Positions 11,083-19,896 of a stretch of 64,000 nucleotides of DNA are shown piece after piece (positions within the stretch are counted from its first letter, which is position 1; the number at the start of each line of letters is the position of its first letter). This DNA is from Trypanosoma brucei (taxonomy: Eukaryota). The notes beneath the pieces were generated by a model. The model made no database searches. It was not told where the DNA came from and saw nothing but the letters and a program-made list of their open reading frames with translations. The stretch is from NCBI GenBank assembly GCA_000002445.1, contig CP000071.1:1472001-1536000 (forward strand), given 5' to 3'. The position numbers and the translations under genes were made by a program.

Positions 11083-11433
11083 CGCTGCGCTTAAATGTCT
11101 TTCATTATAATCAATGTATAACCTTTATGTAGTATTTCAATCTATGCCGCTGTGTACGTGCACTGCGGTGCCTATCCTTCGGCATTAGAGAGTCACTGTT
11201 TGTGTAGATCGTAGCTGCATGTCTGACATCTGGTTCATTAGTGCCGTTTTGAGTCTGCACTGTTGTGCAACTTGATATGCATCACTGCACACCAACCGTG
11301 TGTTTCCTCCTTTGGGTGCACCCTTTAATCCTTGTCTTCTCCTTTTTTGTCTCTTTCCCCCTCGAAAAGGTGTCAAACTACTGCCGCATAAACTACGGTT
11401 ATCCCAAATTTAAGAGAAAGCAATAAAGCATCA

Positions 11434-13236
11434 ATGAGCGGAAAGGAAGTTGAAGGTGTTGTGAGTCCTGCGGACCAGCAGCAGCCAGCCGTCCCGGAGG
11501 TAACAGATATCACGCTGGAGGCCGCCCGCAAGCAGAAAATTCACAACCTGAAGTTGAAGACCGCCTGCCTTTCGAATGAGGAATATGTCCAGGACCTGCA
11601 CGTATCCGAGTGGAGTGAGACGCAGAAGCAGAAGCTGCAGGCTGCACACGAGAAAGCGCATGAATTGCTTGCCTCAGTGGAGGGTGGGACGAAGTGGAGC
11701 CTGACAGAGGCGTATGACATCAAGAAGCTGATGCGCGTCTGTGGTCTTGAGATGTCTGTGCGTGAACTGTACAAGCCGGAGGACAAGCCACAGTTCATGG
11801 AGATTGTTGCACTCAAGAAGACAATGAACGAACTGAAGCAACATCACAACAAGACTCGCACGGTGTCTTTCACCGGCATGATCGACAATGCCATCGCCAA
11901 ACTGGAGAAAATCGAAGACGAACTGCGCCGGTCCCAGCTCGACGCTTCTGAGATGGCGCAAGTTCCTGTGGCTGCACTGAAGAATATTGAGGACACGATG
12001 AACGTGGCTGTTGTGCAGACGGCTCTTCTTGGGAACGAGGAGCAGATCAAAGCCCAACTTGCAGCCGTTGAGAAGGCGAACGAAATCCGTAATGTTGCCA
12101 TTGCCGATGGTGAGATGGCGATTGCTGAGGAACAGTATTACATTAAGGCGCAGCTGTTGGAGCACCTTGTGGAGCTTGTGGCCGACAAGTTTCGCATCAT
12201 TGGGCAAACTGAGGATGAGAATAAGAGCTTCAGTAAGATCCACGAGGTACAGAAGAAGTCATTTCAGGAATCTGCCTCAATCAAGGACGCGAAGCGCCGC
12301 CTTAAGCAACACTGCGAGGACGACCTACGTAACCTTCACGATGCCATCCAGAAAGCTGACTTGGAGGACGCCGAAGCCATGAAACGGTTCGCCACGCAGA
12401 AGGAGAAGTCGGAGCGGTTCATCCACGAGAACCTCGACAAACAGGACGAGGCATGGCGTCGCATTCAGGAACTGGAGCGCGTGTTGCAGCGCCTTGGGAC
12501 GGAGCGTTTTGAAGAGGTGAAGCGCCGTATTGAGGAGAACGACCGCGAGGAGAAGCGTAAGGTGGAGTACCAACAGTTCCTCGATGTATGTGGCCAGCAT
12601 AAAAAGCTGCTGGAACTGTCTGTGTACAACTGCGACCTTGCGCTTCGCTGCATGGGTATGCTGGAGGAGATCGTAGCCGAGGGCTGCAGTGCCGTCAAGT
12701 CACGCCATGACAAGACGAACGATGAGTTGTCTGACCTTCGGCTGCAGGTGCACCAGGAGTACCTGGAGGCATTCCGTCGCCTGTACAAAACTCTTGGCCA
12801 GCTTGTGTACAAGAAAGAAAAGCGCCTGGAGGAGATTGATCGCAACATCCGCACCACACACATTCAACTGGAGTTTGCCATTGAGACCTTTGACCCCAAC
12901 GCGAAACTACACTCCGACAAGAAGAAAGACCTATACAAACTTCGTGCGCAGGTGGAGGAAGAGTTGGAGATGCTGAAGGACAAGATGGCGCAGGCGTTGG
13001 AGATGTTTGGACCTACTGAGGATGCGCTGAACCAGGCTGGTATCGATTTTGTTCACCCTGCTGAGGAGGTTGAGTCCGGCAACATGGATCGCCGCAGCAA
13101 GATGGTGGAGTACCGTGCACACCTGGCGAAGCAGGAGGAGGTGAAGATTGCCGCGGAGCGCGAGGAGCTGAAACGATCTAAGATGCTCCAGAGCCAGCAG
13201 TACCGCGGCCGCACGATGCCGCAGATCACTCAGTAG
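11434..13236 (+). CDS. PFR2: Paraflagellar rod protein 2, copy 5 of 5 (last copy, followed by a unique 3' flank).
   Basis: Protein identical to copy 1. Sequence after the stop codon diverges immediately from the inter-copy spacer. Confidence 0.93.
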   Translation: MSGKEVEGVVSPADQQQPAVPEVTDITLEAARKQKIHNLKLKTACLSNEEYVQDLHVSEWSETQKQKLQAAHEKAHELLASVEGGTKWSLTEAYDIKKLMRVCGLEMSVRELYKPEDKPQFMEIVALKKTMNELKQHHNKTRTVSFTGMIDNAIAKLEKIEDELRRSQLDASEMAQVPVAALKNIEDTMNVAVVQTALLGNEEQIKAQLAAVEKANEIRNVAIADGEMAIAEEQYYIKAQLLEHLVELVADKFRIIGQTEDENKSFSKIHEVQKKSFQESASIKDAKRRLKQHCEDDLRNLHDAIQKADLEDAEAMKRFATQKEKSERFIHENLDKQDEAWRRIQELERVLQRLGTERFEEVKRRIEENDREEKRKVEYQQFLDVCGQHKKLLELSVYNCDLALRCMGMLEEIVAEGCSAVKSRHDKTNDELSDLRLQVHQEYLEAFRRLYKTLGQLVYKKEKRLEEIDRNIRTTHIQLEFAIETFDPNAKLHSDKKKDLYKLRAQVEEELEMLKDKMAQALEMFGPTEDALNQAGIDFVHPAEEVESGNMDRRSKMVEYRAHLAKQEEVKIAAEREELKRSKMLQSQQYRGRTMPQITQ

Positions 13237-14246
13237 GATTGTGTACTGTAATTGTATTTTTTGGGTTTTTTTTGAAAGTGGTAGTAGTATTTTAGAGTTG
13301 CTACTTACTTATGAGTTTGATATGTTTGTTTTTATGTATAATTTTTTTTTTGAGAAACTGATGTTTATATGTATGTGTATCTTCTTATTTGCGGTTAGAT
13401 TAGACGATTTTTAGTGTATTTTTATTTGGCTGGGGTTTATTTGGCTGCTATTTGTTGTAGGATGCGCCGTGCTGACGCTTCTTGCTCTTGTATGTCGCCG
13501 AGTTATGCTGATTGTTGCTCTCTCTATATTTCTTTTGTGCGGTGGTGTTGTTGAAAAATTTTGCTGCTAATATTGTTGTCATGTATTTTGTTGTTGTTAC
13601 TTGTCTGTGAGTGGTTTCTTTCTTTCTTTTTTCCACTGTGTTTTGTAATAGTGTCTTACTTTAGCTTAGGATTATAGGTATGGAGGGATGTGTTATTGCC
13701 TGATCAAATATTTCTGTTGGAGTTGTTAGGTTACTGTTGCACGTGACTTCCGTATATATCCGTGTTGGCTTTTTCTTTTTGAGTTAAAGTTCTTTTGTTT
13801 TGGTATAATCGTGTGTGTGGGATCTGCTGCATGTAATGTCCGGATGGTCGAGCCGACGTGGTACCTTTTTTGGGCTTTATCGTGTGGTGGTGAATGTTAC
13901 TTCTTTTGAGTTTGTTAGTGGCATTACCGCTGTTGTAAGCACAATTAAGTGTAGTGTATGAGTATATGCCCACGATCTGGGCTAAAGGCTTGTAGTTGAA
14001 CCGAGCCCGCCGATGTCCCATTTGTGGAGGAGTGGTGTATAACGTGAGCAACGTTAGAGGTTGGTTTTTACCTCATGGAGGTATTGTGTGTTGTACATTT
14101 CTTTTAAGTTGTATTACTGGTGTTCAACCGTATCTGCTCTTCTGTTTTGTTGGACGTATGCTTTGCGTTAACCACTTGTTATTAACGCCCGTGGGTATAT
14201 CCAACGCTGCTGAAATAATCATTAGTGCATTAGCTAACCGTTGACC

Positions 14247-15578
14247 ATGGAAATGGATAGGTTGACACGCCGGCAGGCGGACCGGATTGAGTACGTCATG
14301 CGGGATCTCTTACGCGATTTGCAACTCATAGCATTTCTTCCCGTAGACTTGTACCCCTGGACGCGTAGAAGCTGCCTTGAAGCGGCGCGGAACCTTTTGG
14401 CGGAGGCAAGCATGAATCAGGGTATGAATGGGGCGGCAGCGCAGATTTACGGAGAGGATGACAACTCAACATATGTTGCTCAGCTTATATATGGTCTTGC
14501 TGAGCGGTATGGTGACGCAACTGACGTTGATAATAATGAGTTACTTTTGCAAATGACTGAGTTCGCAGAATTAGAAAGGGAAATGCTAGACACCGCCACG
14601 TCGGTGGGCGCAGTGGATGAATACGATATTAACCGACACCACAAACTTTTTCGTGCGGTGTTGGACACCCTGCAGCAAGAGGGCTACACAGAGCTTGTTG
14701 CTCACTCGCTGAAGTGGGGAAGCGGTGACGACTCAGCTGTAGCACAACCACCGGGTGCTTATCCCATGGAGCCTAGCGTTTTCAATCGTTTAGTCGATCC
14801 TGGAATGTTGTCGCTGCAGCGCACCGTCGAGTGCCTATGTGAGCTGTTGGTTGTTCGCAACACCTCTACTGTAACTGAGGACATACACAACTATAAGATA
14901 TTGCATGAGGCGGTTAACAAAGAGAAGAGTTCATCCGCCGATGTGAAGGCTCTGAAACGTGAATACCATGAGATAAGGGAGGCACGTCGCACAGAAGTGG
15001 CTGCATTGCAGGCGGAGGTGCGCCAGTTAGAGGATGAGATCGAGTACACTCGTAGTGTGTTAGAACTCGAGCTGTCGGCTTTCGGCGAGGCAAATGCCAA
15101 ACTGGAAGAGGAACGCCAAGTGGAGGAGGAGGAGCGTATCAACGCACTGAAGGAGGAAGCGGAGCACTTAAAACAGAAACTCGATGGACTTATTGCGGCG
15201 AATCAAGGGGAGGCCGCAACGCTTCGCACTCAGCGAGCAAAGAAGGAGGCGGCTGTGAGCGCCGCAATAACGGAGTACGACACTCAAATGGCCACTTTGC
15301 ATGCTGCATCTGTGGCGCTCAACAAGGAGACGGAGGAAGACACTGAGGCCATAGTTGCATTGGATGGTGAGTTGGGGGCACTATGTACCGAAAGGAATGA
15401 ATATGAACTAGAGAAATATATTGAAGAGATGCGCGAGAAGCATTATGAGCGCATGCACGAGCAGACGACGAGGTATGCCTCCACCATCCAGGCTTGCTTC
15501 CGCGCGTACCTCACGCGGGTGAACTTCGAAAGGGGACTGGCTAATTCTAAGCGAAAAAGGAAGCGGAAGAACAAATAG
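14247..15578 (+). CDS. Hypothetical coiled-coil protein with a C-terminal IQ (calmodulin-binding-like) motif and a basic tail. First in-frame ATG used; the track start at 14241 is TTG.
   Basis: Long heptad-like stretches rich in E, L, A and K (residues about 230-400). IQACFRAYLTRVNFERG near the C-terminus, then KRKRKRKNK. Strong coding bias. Confidence 0.6.
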   Translation: MEMDRLTRRQADRIEYVMRDLLRDLQLIAFLPVDLYPWTRRSCLEAARNLLAEASMNQGMNGAAAQIYGEDDNSTYVAQLIYGLAERYGDATDVDNNELLLQMTEFAELEREMLDTATSVGAVDEYDINRHHKLFRAVLDTLQQEGYTELVAHSLKWGSGDDSAVAQPPGAYPMEPSVFNRLVDPGMLSLQRTVECLCELLVVRNTSTVTEDIHNYKILHEAVNKEKSSSADVKALKREYHEIREARRTEVAALQAEVRQLEDEIEYTRSVLELELSAFGEANAKLEEERQVEEEERINALKEEAEHLKQKLDGLIAANQGEAATLRTQRAKKEAAVSAAITEYDTQMATLHAASVALNKETEEDTEAIVALDGELGALCTERNEYELEKYIEEMREKHYERMHEQTTRYASTIQACFRAYLTRVNFERGLANSKRKRKRKNK

Positions 15579-16406
15579 TGGGTGGTACAGTTGGAAGCTG
15601 ACAAGGAGGCGATTATGCATAAATATACATGTACTTCTTTTTTGAATTTGCCTTCTCTCCACCCCTTTCCCCTGACATTCCGTCGGCTGTCACATTTCAT
15701 GAAGTGAAAACAGTGTGCTGCCTTAGAGAGAAATTTGTGTAAGAGTATTGTTGGGGACGCGGTATGTATTCTAGCTGATCAACCCCACATGTCTTTGCAT
15801 TTGCCTTTTTACCTTTTTCCTTTCTCAGTACAAAAAAAAATGTATGTCGCTATTCATGTGTTTCACTGTGACGGGAAAGTTGCCTCTTACAGACAAAATT
15901 CCCGTCATCTTGGAATAGTACAACCATTCTGTGTATACCCCTTCTCTATTTTTTCCCCCCTGCACGCTAGCGTGAGTGCGTACAGTTTGGGAGCTAAGCT
16001 TTGACTCCTCTGCAACTGGGTTAGGGGGGGGGGGGGGGAAGATGCGAATTCCTCTGCTGTCCGGGCGGAGGTATGCCCTTGTCCGCATTTTGAAGCTGCA
16101 TTCCTCTCCTTTTCTTTTGTTGAATTCTGGGTGTTTCAACGGGACATACAAGGGGATAGAGAGGGGAGCAGGGGTGAAGAGGGGGGAGGGGAGAGCGCCT
16201 GATAGTGTGTATATAAATATAATTCAGATATGTTTGAGATTCACAACCAAACTTATCAGTAACACATACGAGTAGACTGCGCTCCATCAATCATTGTGCG
16301 TTTCTTCTTTTGGTTCTTGGAGTAATCGAAGTAGGAATTAAAGAAGCTAAGGTTACAGGTAATTATTCTTGCGCTTGCCGTCGCTGAGAGAGAGTAGTAG
16401 TGCCTC

Positions 16407-16988
16407 ATGTCCCAACAGCGGCAGGTTGCTGCCAAATTGGGTGAAGTGGCCTTCGATAGTGGCGAGAAGGCAAGCGCTGAATTTTTCGCCATTACGTACG
16501 GCGCGCTTGTCCAGCAGATGATTACGGACCTTCCCCAAGCCGATGATGTAGAGGTTGTCAATCAGCAACTGGACACGATGGGCCGGCGGATTGGCTCGCG
16601 ACTGGTGGAAGAATACAGCGCCCGGAGCGGCGCCCCCGCCTGTCGCACGTTTGCGCAAGCGGCAGATGCTGTTGCAATTGTAGGAATAAAAATGTTTCTT
16701 AATGTTAACGCAACGGTACAACCTGCGGAGGAAAGTGGGGGTGACACATTTACGTTAACTTTTGCAGATAACCCGCTTGCGCTCTTTGTGGAACTGCCTG
16801 AGGGTCCTGTGCGTCAGCGCTTGTGGTATTCGAATGTTATTTGTGGTGTTATTGTCGGTGCGCTTTCTATGGTAGGGTTTATTGCAGAAGCGACGTTTGT
16901 AAGGGACACCCTGCGCGGTGATGCAACGAATGAGATACTACTGTCCTTCAAGGGGAGGGAGAAGGAAACCTTTAAGGTTGAACAATAG
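16407..16988 (+). CDS. TRAPPC5: TRAPP complex subunit of the Bet3 family, TRAPPC5/Trs31-like.
   Basis: 193 aa. Alignment by eye to human TRAPPC5: TFTLTFADNPLALFVELPEG...LWYSNVICGVIVGALSMVGF resembles TFYIIEREPLINTYISVPKE...LNCASFTAGIVEAVL, and the N-terminal FAITYGALVQQM...LDTMGRRIGSRLVE resembles FALLFSELVQH...LAALGRQVGARVLD. The length also matches. Confidence 0.65.
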   Translation: MSQQRQVAAKLGEVAFDSGEKASAEFFAITYGALVQQMITDLPQADDVEVVNQQLDTMGRRIGSRLVEEYSARSGAPACRTFAQAADAVAIVGIKMFLNVNATVQPAEESGGDTFTLTFADNPLALFVELPEGPVRQRLWYSNVICGVIVGALSMVGFIAEATFVRDTLRGDATNEILLSFKGREKETFKVEQ

Positions 16989-17697
16989 TTGTTGGGTTGT
17001 GTTGCACTTCCTCTTGTCACTACTTCCCTTTGATATCTGTTGATTTTTTTGACATCACTATCTGACCGATCTGGATCAACGTCGACGTTGGTTCCGTTTT
17101 CTCGTTTGCCGTATTACCACGGGTGAGCACTCACTCACCGACTCATCTATGCGTCGTGCTCGAGTGAGCATTTTTAAATTCATAGCGGGCTGGGGCGGTT
17201 GCATTATCATCTGAAGTACCTTTGGCCATATTGTGTCTGCTTTCCTCCCCCTTTTTTATATTTTTTCTTGCTGGCTTTCTGTTGTGTGTGCTGATGTGTG
17301 ACATATTGTGGTTCCTCGTCCATTATTGTGTTCTCTTTTCTTGAATTTTCGTTGCCTTTCGTGTTACTGCCGGCGCTAACTTTACCTGAGCTGGGAAAGG
17401 ACGCACACGCGCCGGTGTGATCATAGGGGAGGAAAGAAGCTCAAGCTTGACTGACCTTCTATCGAATAGGAGCAGGGGGAAGAGGGTCGAATAGCGTTGG
17501 CGGCAGTGTTGTGGATCCTTTGACATCCGTGAAGTGAGCACGACCAAACACATCCGTTCCTGCGTGAAAATTGGCGAAACGCCTGTGGTTTTGTTACGGC
17601 AGCAGATTTGTGGGCTCTATTCTCACTTGAGCTGTGACGTCGGGCCAGCCGCGCTCTGTCCATTATTATCACTTTTGCTGCTCGCGTGTGTGTGTTA

Positions 17698-18534
17698 ATG
17701 GATTACCGACAGAAAGCTGCCCGGCTTCCCCGTTCGGCGGAGGAAAAAAGCCGGTGGCGCCGTGTCATTATAATCCTTGAGCACTGTCCTCTTGCCGTTG
17801 TGCGTGGTAAGTACGGCTTCGAACTGTTGGCTGAGCGACACCGCGCCCACCACGCACGTTACAAGCAGGATCCCGCGGAATGGCGGCCCGACGTTGTACA
17901 CCAAGCGTTGCTTCACTTGATGGATTCCCCACTCAATCGAGCTGGCATGCTACAGGTGTTCCTCCGTACGAAGAAGGGTGTTGTCATAGCAGTCGACCCG
18001 CGTCTTCGCGTTCCACGGCACATGCGTTTGTTTGAGAAGATGATGGTATCGTGCCTGTACCGCATGAAAGTTCGTGCAGCGAACGGCTCAGTATCGCTTC
18101 TGCGCGTGGTGAAGAACCCCGTGACGGACCACATTCCGGCGAACTGCACACTCATACGTGTTGAAAAGGACGGTGATGCCGTGCCTGATATCTTTGCGTA
18201 CTGTGCAACATGTGGGACTAATAGGCATGCTGATGGATCGACAAGCGAAAACGTTGGGACGGCGACGGCGTGCTCCTCCTCTGCAGGAAGCGATGCAAAG
18301 GAGCCGCACTTTGCCCAGAAGCACCGTGACCTGGCTGATGCAAAGCAGTTCAGGCCATTTGCATTTATTATTGGTGGTATGTCGAAAGGTGACGTGGACG
18401 CGCCGTACGCCCCGCGCGCCCAGGTGAAGAGTATACGTCTTGGCGACCGAGGCATGTCGGCTGCGGCCGCTTGCAGTGTCATCATACATGGTTTTGAGGA
18501 AGAGTGGCTGCGCGAGGATAACGAGGCGTGTTAG
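17698..18534 (+). CDS. EMG1: Ribosome-biogenesis methyltransferase EMG1/NEP1 (SPOUT family; N1-specific pseudouridine methyltransferase of 18S rRNA). First ATG used; the track start at 17686 is GTG.
   Basis: Strong match to the EMG1 core: [14 protein letters not shown]...YELL, [62 protein letters not shown]. Compare human [29 protein letters not shown]...LLKVIKNPVSDHFPVGC. Confidence 0.8.
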   Translation: [278 protein letters not shown]

Positions 18535-19896
18535 CGTATTTGTATTTCCTCTACCTTCTTGTGTTTTCCATCGATTAACTGCTCCCCCTTTTGTGCAGCC
18601 ACTGCCTCATGGGGTGGGAGCGAGCGGTGATTTTGCGCGAAGGGAGCAAAATTGCGCTTAGCGTGTAAATAAAAGAGTGCTGGTAACGTTTGTCGTAACC
18701 AAAAGTGTCAAACTTACACACAGGAACGCGTGCAATGCAAAGCGAAACGGTGAGGGTCGCGGAGTCTGAATTATCACCGGTGCCCGCCGCTGTGGAGGGG
18801 TTTGTGGTATCAAATAAAAGTAATATTACTTTCGAATAATAGTAATAATGGTGGGTGGTGGGAGTTATGGAGTCCGCGGGTCCCTTTTGTCCCGTCTGCT
18901 TCTGCACTAGCGCGGCACATTACCCACTTTTTTCCCTCTTGTCCTCTCATCACTGGTGTCGACAAAAAATTATCTTCCTCGTGCTTACAAGCATCTTTCT
19001 CACTCTCCCCCTTTCTCTCGATAATTGTAGCAAAAACTCTACAGATTTTTTTGATCTTTTTTTTTTGTTCTGCGCCTATTACCGTGCTCCCGGTTATCAG
19101 CCAAACAGCAAAGGAGATAATAAAAAGCATTATATATATATATATATAAATATATAAATAAAGAGTCAGTTTAATTACCTGTATCAACGACAAACGAAAC
19201 ATTGCTAGGAACTGAAGTCCGTAAGCTACTTGCTACAACCCGTCCATTAAGCGAGAGGGAAGGAAAGCTAAGGAAAAGCCGGCCCGACCAAACTCATTCG
19301 TCGGAGTGAGTGAGGGCAGAAGTTTAAGGGCTGTGTTTAATACACAGTACAACACAATACGATAGAAGGAGATTTCAGCAGTACTGAAGGTACAAAGAGT
19401 TGAAAAACAAAAGCGGAGGTTAAATATAATTACGACTATATCCGATAATAATATTGAAGAAAGGGGAATTACGTGCGCATAAGAGCACCTAAGGTGAAAA
19501 AGCGAAGAGTACTTTTGGAAAGCAGCGGGATAACATACCTATTTGCATCCACAAGTATTAAAAACAGTGGTAAATAACACAATCGGTACTTGAAAAGCAA
19601 AAGCAAACAAAGAAACAAACAAACAACCTTCCTTGCGTCAGGGCAGCACTGAGGCGCTATTATCATAAAGCGCGTGGTGGAGGCAGCGAGGTGTAAGTTG
19701 GGTGTTAAGAGAAGGAGAAGTAGTCTTCCTGAAAAACGAAAGCAACGTATAGAACTGAGGATAGAGAGTGAGTGAAAGTGATCCAAGGGTGAAAAAAGGT
19801 GGTGAGAAATCATTTTAGGGTTGGGGAAAGATACTAATAGAGAGCTAAGACGGATTGTAAAAAAGGGAAGTTTTGTTTTTTTAAAACTTTTAGCGC

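Larger units (their letters stand above)
2799..13236 (+). repeat. Direct tandem array of the PFR2 unit. Four full 2154-bp units (1803-bp CDS plus 351-bp spacer) and a final 1822-bp unit ending at the stop codon.
   Basis: Copies are identical at 2154-bp spacing. Identity begins 19 nt upstream of the first ATG (agaaagcaataaagcatca) and ends exactly at the last TAG. Confidence 0.95.

Noticed and set aside
13996-14244. 82-aa + strand ORF just upstream of the coiled-coil gene.
   Set aside because: It is Cys/Leu/Val-rich from GT-rich DNA, overlaps the likely 5' UTR and processing region of the next gene, and has no ATG context or homology.
17056-17200. A 14-nt perfect palindrome (caacgtcgacgttg) and nearby imperfect inverted repeats between the TRAPPC5-like gene and EMG1.
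   Set aside because: It is short enough to occur by chance, is built around a SalI-like GTCGAC core, and I see no extended pairing. Noted only.
17913-18485. 190-aa minus-strand ORF overlapping EMG1. Similar long minus-strand ORFs overlap RPA1 (30718..31254, 33777..34397, 34668..35321), the giant ORF (38022..38537, 41607..42083, 42111..42596, 44412..44945), the LRR gene (47403..47999, 48105..48869, 49362..49862) and the 577-aa gene (57852..58712).
   Set aside because: Each is fully contained antisense within a + strand gene that has clear homology or far greater length. No strand switch exists in the window.
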